A stretch of DNA of 64,000 nucleotides from Minisyncoccota bacterium (GCA_041664585.1 JBAYKL010000002.1:13494-77493); one strand, 5' to 3'. Shown: positions 28,816 through 37,406, counted from the stretch's first letter. Notes: generated by a model not told the origin, from the sequence alone. Numbers and translations: made by a program.

Positions 28816-29280
28816 ATGGAAATTATAAACTTTATCGCAAATAACGCCATGACATTTTTAACTGCAATAACAGTATTTATCCTTTTCTATTATACTAGAG
28901 AAACATATTTATTAAGAAAAGAGTCTCAAAAACAGACTCAGATACAATTTACCCCATATCTTTCTTTAAGAAATTTAGATAGCGGTGCAACCTTATCGAA
29001 TCTTGGAAAAGGGATTGCATTACATATTCAAGTTGATCCATCTATCCAAATTGAATCCCAATTGATTCTATTAATTCCTTCAATAGGAGCGGGGGAAGAT
29101 AGAATTTTATATTCTATGTCGAAGAACGGGGATGGTGCCTGGGGTTTAATAACAAGGCAGCTTCCTGATGAAGTAGGTATTACATACTCAGATATTCTAG
29201 GTAACAATTATAAAGCCTCATTCTCAAGAGAATATAAAGGTATGGGTGTTTTCAAAGAGGTAAAACAGAATAAATTATAG
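28816..29280 (+). CDS. Hypothetical membrane-anchored protein
   Basis: N-terminal TM followed by YYTRET, PYL, NLGKGIA, YSDILGN. Confidence 0.7.
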   Translation: MEIINFIANNAMTFLTAITVFILFYYTRETYLLRKESQKQTQIQFTPYLSLRNLDSGATLSNLGKGIALHIQVDPSIQIESQLILLIPSIGAGEDRILYSMSKNGDGAWGLITRQLPDEVGITYSDILGNNYKASFSREYKGMGVFKEVKQNKL

Positions 29281-29448
29281 CTTTTTTAGTGCGCTCAAGT
29301 TGCGTCGTTTTAATATACTAAGATTAGCTTAAACTGCCTTACAGGGCTTAGCCGACAACGGTTCCGACACGAGTCCCCCAGCAAAGAAAATTTTAGGAGG
29401 AATTTAAAATAAAAAGATAATAAAAAAGGCACACAAATTTGTGTGCCG

Positions 29449-29841
29449 TCATGTGCTTAGGTTTCGAAGAAGGGCCCTCATACGCCTTCCTTCTTCTATC
29501 TTGAATGATAAATCATTGCCCGATAAGCCCATTTTAAGTCCCCACAGTTGATCCCAAGCAACAGACTCTTCTTCAGATCCAGACGGTGCATCCTTATATG
29601 CTTCCTCAGCATCTTCTAGAATTTCTCTTCTAGTTTTTGATCTGCCAAGAAAATTTAGTTCAACACCAAGATTTTGTATTTCTTTTGGTTTAGATTTCTC
29701 ATCTTGTTGTTTAAGACTCTCAATCAAACGATGTCCGCGAAGGACACTGTTACAGAGTTCGTTATTACTTTCACGAACTATATCATCCAAACTACGAGTT
29801 GGACCAATTGGCCAAATATGTCCACATGGTGCTCCACTCAT
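29449..29841 (-). CDS. Hypothetical protein
   Basis: GGGAGG SD before ATG at 29841. Confidence 0.55.
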   Translation of the reverse strand: MSGAPCGHIWPIGPTRSLDDIVRESNNELCNSVLRGHRLIESLKQQDEKSKPKEIQNLGVELNFLGRSKTRREILEDAEEAYKDAPSGSEEESVAWDQLWGLKMGLSGNDLSFKIEEGRRMRALLRNLST

Positions 29842-30014
29842 GGCAACCTCCCTTTTAAAATTGTTTAAAGAACCCCTACTTATATTTAATGCTACAACAA
29901 AAAATACACTAGTCAAATCATCCACAAACTTTTGCTATAAGAAAAGGCTCGACCAGATAAATCTGGAAGAGCCTTGTTTTTGCAAAGTGGACAATATTTA
30001 TTCATTAGTGAAGG

Positions 30015-30185
30015 TTACTTGCGGGTATCGAAGCCTGTCTCACCAAGATTACCTTCCCTGTCCACATCTTGGAAAATCTTTATAGACCTGCCTCCTTCGT
30101 GTACTTTTTGCACCAAAGGATGATCATACTTTCCATCCTTAAAGTGCCCAGAAACGTGCATCCGATCTATTATAGGTGTACTCAT
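30015..30185 (-). CDS. Small hypothetical protein
   Basis: AAGGAGG SD before ATG at 30185; 56 aa. Confidence 0.45.
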   Translation of the reverse strand: MSTPIIDRMHVSGHFKDGKYDHPLVQKVHEGGRSIKIFQDVDREGNLGETGFDTRK

Positions 30186-30239
30186 GACGCCCTCCTTTTT
30201 AGGGTTGCTTCCCAAACGATTTGGAAAGAACTTGTTCAG

Positions 30240-30866
30240 TTATAATCCTACAATAAGTCTTAGATCCGTCAACATTTTCCTTGTGTCAGTAAATGCTTTC
30301 AGAACTTCAGACTCGTGAATATGCTTGCTGTTCTTGTATTTATATCGAAATTCCCTTATCCACAGACCGTCTTTACTAGACAATATGTCCTTGAATAAGA
30401 CAACATCGTTCCCACCCCAATACCTAAATGCATATAGAGAGTAGGAATAAACAAAGTTTAGAATATTCAGCGCGTTAGGAAACCTCCCATCATAGGCAGC
30501 ACTAGTTGCCCACTCATAAAAAGTTTCAGCACGCTTTAAAAGATACATTGGTACTTTATTGTGTACCCTTGTAGCAAGTAAACTTTCTCTGTCTTGATCT
30601 ATAGATCCAAAAATTCCTTCACCAGTTAATAACGGTTCAGTAATAAGTGGATCTAAGTTTTCAATCAAAGGAGATACTAATGACCGACTCAAGAAAGCAA
30701 TATCTAATTGTTCATAAAAAAACCCGCCATACTTATCATCGTTGTCTTTCAGGACAACAAACAGATCGGTATCTTTTCCTTTTCTGTTTCCATACCAGGT
30801 TACAGATTCTATCTGCTCCATAGGTATTACCGAAAACAAAACAGGAAGTATCTTATCATTTTTCAT
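30240..30866 (-). CDS. Pol-beta-like nucleotidyltransferase with helical C-terminal domain
   Basis: WYGNRKGKDTDLFVV (G...DxD) plus third Asp in LDIAF; AAAGGAG SD. Confidence 0.6.
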   Translation of the reverse strand: MKNDKILPVLFSVIPMEQIESVTWYGNRKGKDTDLFVVLKDNDDKYGGFFYEQLDIAFLSRSLVSPLIENLDPLITEPLLTGEGIFGSIDQDRESLLATRVHNKVPMYLLKRAETFYEWATSAAYDGRFPNALNILNFVYSYSLYAFRYWGGNDVVLFKDILSSKDGLWIREFRYKYKNSKHIHESEVLKAFTDTRKMLTDLRLIVGL

Positions 30867-30952
30867 AACCAACTCCTTTCAAAGTTCAAATTCTTTTATA
30901 ACCCTACAATATAGATCTGGAAATAGCAACGACTTCTATACTAACCAATAAA

Positions 30953-31393
30953 TCACTTCCCCATCACAAAATCAAAAATAGCTTTTGCATTTTTACCCAT
31001 AACTGGCAACCTATCTAACTCATACCAATTTGCTTCAGCGATTTCTTTCCCATCAATATGTATTTCTGAATTATCTATATCTTCTTTAAATATAGATAAC
31101 GTATCTTTTTTATATTCATGTTCGAAATGAAGATCTCCAACATATTCTGGTTTCTGTAATTGAATACCAACTTCTTCTTTGCACTCACGAATTATTGCAT
31201 CATTAATATTTTCATTTTCATGAACTCCGCCGCCAGGAAATGTCCAGGTATTTGGATAGTAAGTTAAACGTACCATAAGAATCCTATTTTGATTAAACAG
31301 AATTACTTTTACACCCTTTGTTTTAGGACGAATAAAAAACCAATACGCTCTGTGAAGTTTATTTATAAATACCGCCAAAGTAATATTTCTCAT
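30953..31393 (-). CDS. NUDIX hydrolase
   Basis: WTFPGGGVHENENINDAIIRECKEEVG. Confidence 0.9.
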   Translation of the reverse strand: MRNITLAVFINKLHRAYWFFIRPKTKGVKVILFNQNRILMVRLTYYPNTWTFPGGGVHENENINDAIIRECKEEVGIQLQKPEYVGDLHFEHEYKKDTLSIFKEDIDNSEIHIDGKEIAEANWYELDRLPVMGKNAKAIFDFVMGK

Positions 31394-31499
31394 ACTGGGA
31401 TTATAACATTGTTTTAAAACCACGCATTTGACAAGCGTGACTTTATATATTAATATAGTAAGTAGGGACAACAAACAAGAACCTTGAAAGGAATTTCTG

Positions 31500-32081
31500 A
31501 TGTCGACAAAAATTATACATATCAGTGATGAATTCAGAGAAAATCTGGAATTGCCAGTGGATGGTCCATGCTATGAGCTAGCGATAGCTCTGCATCGTGG
31601 ACTAGGCTGGCCGCTTGTTGGTTTACTTGATAAATCATCGGTAAATCAAAAATGGCGGCACGCAGCAGTCAAAACCCCAGAAAGTGGCCTTTGGGATGCC
31701 AGAGGGTTGATTACTGAAAAAGAATTCGGGAAACCATTTCCAGAAATCGACTCGCCGTATGTAATCATGGATATCAGCGAAGATGATCTTCGTTCGATAA
31801 GGCCAGTTCGTGAAATTGCCATAGAAATAATCGCCAAAATAGCTGAGGCGCTATGGCCTGAGTTGCCATGGATAAATGGACAACAAAAGCGTTACAAGGA
31901 GTTTGCTGACGCATTAGAGGCTTTGTCCAGGAAATACGACTTATGGATCGGTGGTCCGGTACCAGGTTGTCCCCCAGCATTATTTGATGGTCGTGGTGAT
32001 AACCTGGAAAAAGGATATGCACTGGAACAAACCGCGGACGGACTAGGCTTCAGAATAGACCGCTACTTTGACAACATGTAG
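31500..32081 (+). CDS. Hypothetical protein
   Basis: GPCYELAIALH...HA...DARG (Cys/His/Asp, possibly papain/transglutaminase-like); own promoter and terminator. Confidence 0.6.
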   Translation: MSTKIIHISDEFRENLELPVDGPCYELAIALHRGLGWPLVGLLDKSSVNQKWRHAAVKTPESGLWDARGLITEKEFGKPFPEIDSPYVIMDISEDDLRSIRPVREIAIEIIAKIAEALWPELPWINGQQKRYKEFADALEALSRKYDLWIGGPVPGCPPALFDGRGDNLEKGYALEQTADGLGFRIDRYFDNM

Positions 32082-32187
32082 CAAACAACCGCTTGATAGT
32101 CATCTGACTTATCAAGCGGTTTTTTTATGTTCCACCTTCCAAAAACTTAATTTAGCGATATAATTAAGAAACTAACTAATTACACCA

Positions 32188-32252
32188 ATGAGAATACAAA
32201 GATAAGACCACCTTTATAATTTTAACCGATCCGCATTGCGGAATCTTTGTAT
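32188..32252 (+). promoter_or_regulatory. Putative translational attenuator (uORF MRIQR*)
   Basis: ATG AGA ATA CAA AGA TAA at 32188-32205; ATACAAAGAT (32194-32203) is complementary to ATCTTTGTAT (32243-32252) abutting the ABC-F ATG. Confidence 0.55.
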
Positions 32253-33680
32253 ATGCATAACAAAAATCAACAATCTGTAATATTCTCTTGTAGCCACATC
32301 TCAAAGAAATTTGAGTTAATAGAAGTCTTAAAAGACATATCATTTACCATCTCCAAAAATGAAAAAGTCGGGTTAGTCGGTTCTAATGGTTCTGGTAAGA
32401 GTACCCTACTTAAAATAATAGCCAATCTTTTAGAAAAAGATTCTGGTACCATCTCCTATTCTAAAAAAATAAAAATTAAATATTTACCACAAATTCATAC
32501 GGAAGAAGAAAAATTGAGTGGTGGAGAAATTGCAAAAAAAATCCTATTGCCAATAATCTCATCTGACGCAGATTTATTCATTTTAGATGAACCAACGAAC
32601 AACTTAGATATAGATGGTCTAAATATGATTGAGAACTTTATTACAAAAAGCAATAAAGCTTTTTTGATAGTCTCTCACGACAGGATGTTCTTGGATAAAA
32701 TAGTAACTAAAATTATTGAAATTGATCTTAAAACAAAATCATCCTCTATATATGACGGAAACTATTCTGACTACATAAAACAAAGAGAGGAAAAAATCCT
32801 TTTGCAGTGGAAAGAGTATAAAGAAAAAATTGAAAAAACAGATAAAATAAACGGTAATATAGAATTGAAATCTGATTGGCTTAAAAATATAGAATCGAAG
32901 AAAAAAGGTAAGAAAGCAAAAGATGATGATTCTATAAATGTACACTGGAAAGGAGCTGATGGAAAAGCAGCAAGACGTCTCAAAGTAATGAAAAATAAAC
33001 TGGAAAGATTTGAGAAAGATGCAGAAGATATCAAAAAACCAATGCAGGGATTGCCACTTAAAGTGTCTTTTGATAATGAACATGGAAGTATAAAAGTGTT
33101 TGATCTTAAAGATATAGAAAAGAAGATTGGCAAACGAAAAATCGGCCCCATAAACTTACGTATACAATATGGAGACAAAATCCATATCATCGGCAAAAAT
33201 GGAACTGGAAAAACAACTCTACTAAAAATACTCGTTGGGGAATTACAGACTGATTCTGGAATCATTGAAAAAGGAGAAAATATAAAAGTCGGATATATCT
33301 CACAAGAAAGATGGCTAACTAGACCAAACAAAACAGTAATAGAGGAATTTTTAGAAACAACAAAAATATCAGAGACCGAAGCAAGAAAAATACTTCATAG
33401 ATTTAGAATTACCACAGAGGATGTAAATAAACATCTTTCATTAATAAGTCCTGGGGAATATTCTCGTCTTATAATCGCCGAACTATTAGCCACGAAACCA
33501 AACTGTATAATATTAGACGAACCAACAAACCATCTCGATTTGGAAGTAACCGAAGAACTAGAGAATGGACTAAAAGACTACAAAGGAACTCTCATAATAG
33601 TAAGCCATGATAGATACTTTCTAGAAAAACAAAAGATCAATAGAGTTTTTGATCTAAATATTAATTCAATTAGATTATAA
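32253..33680 (+). CDS. ABC-F family ATPase (ARE-like)
   Basis: GSNGSGKST, LSGGE, ILDEPTNNLD; second NBD GKNGTGKTT, ILDEPTNHLD; long linker, short arm. Confidence 0.88.
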   Translation: MHNKNQQSVIFSCSHISKKFELIEVLKDISFTISKNEKVGLVGSNGSGKSTLLKIIANLLEKDSGTISYSKKIKIKYLPQIHTEEEKLSGGEIAKKILLPIISSDADLFILDEPTNNLDIDGLNMIENFITKSNKAFLIVSHDRMFLDKIVTKIIEIDLKTKSSSIYDGNYSDYIKQREEKILLQWKEYKEKIEKTDKINGNIELKSDWLKNIESKKKGKKAKDDDSINVHWKGADGKAARRLKVMKNKLERFEKDAEDIKKPMQGLPLKVSFDNEHGSIKVFDLKDIEKKIGKRKIGPINLRIQYGDKIHIIGKNGTGKTTLLKILVGELQTDSGIIEKGENIKVGYISQERWLTRPNKTVIEEFLETTKISETEARKILHRFRITTEDVNKHLSLISPGEYSRLIIAELLATKPNCIILDEPTNHLDLEVTEELENGLKDYKGTLIIVSHDRYFLEKQKINRVFDLNINSIRL

Positions 33681-33683
33681 AAT

Positions 33684-34778
33684 ATGCCCATACAAATAAG
33701 TAATTCGATTCAATCTACGTATATATTTATATCAATACTTATTATTGGAATAATATTAACCTTCCGAAAAAAGACCACGAAAGGACTCTCTGTAAATCTA
33801 ACCCAGGAACTAAAAGGTTTTGCTATTCTTACAATTGTCTTCGCACACATCGGTTACTATTTAGTAAGCGACAATCAATTTCTATTCCCTCTCACTATAG
33901 CTGCCGGTGTAGGAGTTAATCTATTTTTATTTCTTTCTGGTTACGGGCTAGCGGTAAGTGCCATGTCAAAAGAAACATCGATACCACAGTTCTACTTGCG
34001 CAGATTGCCTAAACTATATATACCAATGTGGTGTACGGTTTTTTTCTTCTTAATATTAGATTTCTTTCTCTTAGACAGAATTTACAGTCTCAGTTATATT
34101 GGTCAAACTCTTTTAGGTTTTTTCCCTCGTGCCGATCTTTTTCTGGATATCAATTCACCCCTTTGGTATTTCACCCTTATTATCTTCTACTACTTACTAT
34201 TCCCCATCACTTTTTATCGTAAGAAACCTTGGCTATCGGGAATCTTTTTGCTTACTATGAGCTACCTGGTGGTACTTTGGAACCCAGCTTTTCTTAATCA
34301 GGTCACGCATTTGTATAAATTACATGTCATAGCCTTCCCGCTTGGAGTTTTTATTGCCAGCCTAGTTTTTAAATACAAAGACAGGTTAAAAGAAATTTTA
34401 CAAAAAACCGAATATCTAAAACTTTTTAAGAAAATAATATACTGGTGTTTCGTTGGATTATTAATCTGGATAATCTCTTATACAGCATATCATTCAAATG
34501 TAGGAAATAATTATTGGCTAGAACAAGCGACTAGTATACTAACATGTGGAGCAATTATAATCTTATTCTTAATTTCAAAACTAGAAAACCGTTTACTTTA
34601 TTTATTTGGTGTATATTCCTATGAAATATATCTGATACATTGGCCTCTCATGTCTCGTTTTGATATTTTTTACCAGTTCCTACCATCTTGGCTTGCGACT
34701 TTAGCATATCTCGGAATATTTGTTGCGATTAGTTGGTTTATAAAAAAATGCAGGACAATCTCTACAAAGAAAGTCTGA
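33684..34778 (+). CDS. Acyltransferase-3 family membrane protein
   Basis: LKGFAILTIVFAH, GVNLFLFLSGYGL, FYLRRL, YSYEIYLIHW. Confidence 0.88.
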   Translation: MPIQISNSIQSTYIFISILIIGIILTFRKKTTKGLSVNLTQELKGFAILTIVFAHIGYYLVSDNQFLFPLTIAAGVGVNLFLFLSGYGLAVSAMSKETSIPQFYLRRLPKLYIPMWCTVFFFLILDFFLLDRIYSLSYIGQTLLGFFPRADLFLDINSPLWYFTLIIFYYLLFPITFYRKKPWLSGIFLLTMSYLVVLWNPAFLNQVTHLYKLHVIAFPLGVFIASLVFKYKDRLKEILQKTEYLKLFKKIIYWCFVGLLIWIISYTAYHSNVGNNYWLEQATSILTCGAIIILFLISKLENRLLYLFGVYSYEIYLIHWPLMSRFDIFYQFLPSWLATLAYLGIFVAISWFIKKCRTISTKKV

Positions 34779-34883
34779 GAGGAATAACACCCTTACAAAG
34801 TTTTGTATTTTATTGTATAATTATAGGCAGTAACCGCCCTAGTCAGACCCTTACTATATTTATAAATTAACTACTTAATAATT

Positions 34884-35525
34884 ATGAAAATAAAATTAAT
34901 TATTTTATCACTCTCTTTGATACTCAGTGGCACAATAATATCAAAAGCTCTCGCTGGTCAAAATGGTGGGGATGATAATAGAAATACATCAACTTCATGG
35001 ACAAATGATGATGATAGAGATGGAGACAGAAACTCAACTTCATCCAGAGAAGAAGATGATGATAGATTTTCGACATCAACAGCTACTTCTACTAGAGAAG
35101 ATAATAAAATTGGAGAAGAACACAGAAGCGAAATTGCAAATTTTATTAAATCTCTTTTAAAAGTAGCCGACAGGAATGAAGGCATCGGTGAAAAAGTAAG
35201 AGTTATGGCGAGAGAACAAGCCAGCTCTAGTGATAAGGTGGCAGAGGCAATAAATACAATAGAAAAACGCAGCAACCTCAAGACGTTTTTAATTGGAACC
35301 GATTATAAAAATATAGGTAAAATCAGAAGCGAAATAGCACAAACAAGAAATAAAATTGATGAGTTAAATAAAGATTTAGCTAAATTATCTACATCAACAG
35401 ATAAAACCACTATAGAAAATGAAATGAAATCTCTAGAAACTTCACAGGAAAAAATAGAAGATTTTATGAAAAAGAACGAAAGCAGATTTAGTCTATTCGG
35501 TTGGTTTGTAAAACTATTTCAGTAG
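34884..35525 (+). CDS. Secreted hypothetical protein (low-complexity N-terminus, coiled coil)
   Basis: Signal peptide, STS/DDDR repeats, GEEHRS...FSLFGWF. Confidence 0.75.
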   Translation: MKIKLIILSLSLILSGTIISKALAGQNGGDDNRNTSTSWTNDDDRDGDRNSTSSREEDDDRFSTSTATSTREDNKIGEEHRSEIANFIKSLLKVADRNEGIGEKVRVMAREQASSSDKVAEAINTIEKRSNLKTFLIGTDYKNIGKIRSEIAQTRNKIDELNKDLAKLSTSTDKTTIENEMKSLETSQEKIEDFMKKNESRFSLFGWFVKLFQ

Positions 35526-35582
35526 AAATTAAAAGTCTTCATGCTATAATACTTTTATTATTAGAAGGATAATCAAATAAAA

Positions 35583-35645
35583 ATGGCAAAAGGAAACAAC
35601 TCAAGAAAGAAGGAAACAAAGAAACCGAAGAAAGCTAAGAAATAA
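35583..35645 (+). CDS. 20-aa basic microprotein MAKGNNSRKKETKKPKKAKK
   Basis: Own TGcTATAAT -10 upstream, ATG...TAA, terminator downstream; not in ORF track. Confidence 0.6.
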   Translation: MAKGNNSRKKETKKPKKAKK

Positions 35646-35679
35646 TAAAATAAAAAACACCCGCTGACCGGGTGTTTTT

Positions 35680-36714
35680 TTATTCTGCTTTTATAAGTTT
35701 TGACAAAACCAATTCCAATGGAAGTTCAGGAATATAGGCCTTCGCCACCATATCGTAATAAGACAAAAGAATAAGTAATGTTTCCGAATTAATCTTTGAT
35801 GGTTTTTTTTCAGCTAATTCTTTCAAGAACTTGAAATCTGTATCCGTCATTTCTTCTTGTAACTTCCCTTCTGAACTCTTAAGATTCCTTAAAAGCAGAA
35901 CCCATCTCATTTTATGAAGCACAAGTTTAAAATACAAAAGCATATCGATATTAGAATCAGAAGCTTTTGTGACCGCATTCATTCCTAGTTCTAAGTTATT
36001 TTCATCTATTGCTCTCAGAAAATCATTTACCAACTCACCCTTAGGTGCGCCTGTCACAATTTCAACTTCTTCTACAGAAATCTTTTTATCTTTTGATGAT
36101 CCAATTATTTTTTGTAGGATACTTTGCGCATCTCTAAAAGATCCGTCCCCAAGAAGTGCGACTAAATCCGCAGAGGCTGGTTCAAGAATAAAACCTTCTT
36201 TCTTTGCTATATTTATAGCAACATCTCTAAGTACTTTATGTGTAGGTTTTTTGAATAGAAAGCACTGACATCTAGAAACAATGGTCTCAGGTATTTTGTT
36301 TACTTCTGTTGTAGCAAGTATAAAAACGACGTGTTTAGGTGGTTCTTCAAGGGTTTTTAAAAGTGCATTCCAAGCAGACTTAGAAAGCATATGGGCCTCG
36401 TCTAATATATAAACTTTGTATTCTGATTCAAAAGGAAGGGTGCTTATAGATTCATTAAGTGCTCTAATATCATCTACACCAGTATTTGAAGCGGCATCTA
36501 TTTCAGTAATATCATTTGCACTTGTACCAATTTCTTTTGCAAAAATTCTAGCGATACTCGTCTTACCAGTACCACGAGAACCAGAAAAGATATATGCATG
36601 AAAAACGTTTCCGAGATCAATAGAAGATTCCAAAACCTTTACGATATGATCTTGACCAAGGACTTCCTTAAAAGCCTGGGGACGATATTTACGATAGTAT
36701 GCTGTTTCTTGCAT
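35680..36714 (-). CDS. dnaX: DNA polymerase III subunit gamma/tau (short form)
   Basis: YRKYRPQAF, GSRGTGKTS, EIDAASN, ILDEAHML, LLKTLEEPP, SRC. Confidence 0.95.
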   Translation of the reverse strand: MQETAYYRKYRPQAFKEVLGQDHIVKVLESSIDLGNVFHAYIFSGSRGTGKTSIARIFAKEIGTSANDITEIDAASNTGVDDIRALNESISTLPFESEYKVYILDEAHMLSKSAWNALLKTLEEPPKHVVFILATTEVNKIPETIVSRCQCFLFKKPTHKVLRDVAINIAKKEGFILEPASADLVALLGDGSFRDAQSILQKIIGSSKDKKISVEEVEIVTGAPKGELVNDFLRAIDENNLELGMNAVTKASDSNIDMLLYFKLVLHKMRWVLLLRNLKSSEGKLQEEMTDTDFKFLKELAEKKPSKINSETLLILLSYYDMVAKAYIPELPLELVLSKLIKAE

Positions 36715-36750
36715 AAAGAGATTATAGCATCAGATATAAAAATGGGAAAT

Positions 36751-36795
36751 AAAAAAAGGCCATTATGCCACGAGCGAACTCGGGGCATAATAGCC
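36751..36795 (-). terminator. Intrinsic terminator closing the non-coding unit
   Basis: Minus strand GGCTATTATGCCCCGAG-TTCG-CTCGTGGCATAATGGCC-T7. Confidence 0.85.
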
Positions 36796-36819
36796 AATGA
36801 ACTTAAAACTTTTTTTATT

Positions 36820-37091
36820 AAGTTAGCTTAAGCAGAAGTCTAGCCCCAACGTTTCCTGAGATTACTCTCAAGCTCTAATTAGGGTGCAAGGCTTATACCT
36901 CCTTTCATGATACCGGAATTTCTTGGCCGTCACGGTCGTAGTTACCTTGTCGGGATTTTTGGACCGTAAAGCGCAGGCCGGCAGCCGAGTTAGGCGCCGA
37001 TGCAGGCAGTTTTTGCTTTAGTTACTACAGATTTACGGCGAATCGTCGGGGGACCAGTTTTCATGCGAAGGTTCTCCTTCTTGTTTAACTT
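36820..37091 (-). ncRNA. Unannotated ~270-nt structured RNA
   Basis: Closing helix 37077-37091/36820-36838, helix 37054-37071/36901-36916, GCCGTAAA/TTTACGGT, TGAGA-GTAA-TCTCA; most G.U pairs favour the minus strand. Confidence 0.5.
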
Positions 37092-37197
37092 ACTTATTAT
37101 ATTTAGCAGAAGAGTACCTCTCCTCTGCTTTGCAGGTGATGTCGGCGCAATATCTTTCGCGCGCCAATAACCACCAAAATTCAAAGAACAAAAAAGT

Positions 37198-37369
37198 GAG
37201 ATGGTTACCAGTGATTCCTTACTTATTTTTTCCCTTAACGGCGCCAAAAACATCGGGGCGCGACAGCCAGAAACATGTCTCCCAACGAAATCTCGCTCAT
37301 CGCGGATTGTTTCGTCATAGACAAGACCCAAACTGTAACGGGATACGGGAACCTACTGGTAACCAACTC
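37198..37369 (-). ncRNA. 6S-like rod-shaped RNA
   Basis: 172 nt closed by GAGTTGGTTACCAGT/ACTGGTAACCATCTC, long irregular hairpin, T6 tail, strong promoter directly upstream. Confidence 0.5.
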
Positions 37370-37377
37370 TGCATAGA

Positions 37378-37406
37378 AAGTTATCACACTATTACTAGTT
37401 TGTCAA
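37378..37406 (-). promoter_or_regulatory. Sigma70 promoter
   Basis: Minus strand TTGACA-17 nt-TAACTT with extended TG. Confidence 0.7.

Larger units (their letters stand above)
27504..29383. mobile_element. Small integrase-less island at the tRNA-Gln 3' end
   Basis: Ends in a degenerate tRNA 3' copy (GGTTC-N8-GTCCCCCAGC, 29360-29382, same register as the tRNA); imperfect inverted repeat GACGCATTTGAGC/GCTCAAGTTGCGTC inside the ends. Confidence 0.6.

Noticed and set aside
36970-36990. SRP RNA (CAGG...GCAGCC near dnaX)
   Set aside because: Lacks the GNRA-capped stem between CAGG and AGCAG, and lies on the strand opposite to the promoter and terminator.
36820-37091. tmRNA (short ORF ending ...IGA* with the stop codon in a hairpin loop)
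   Set aside because: No GGGG 5' acceptor strand, T-arm GGTTCGA or CCA end on either side, so no tRNA-like domain in standard or permuted order.
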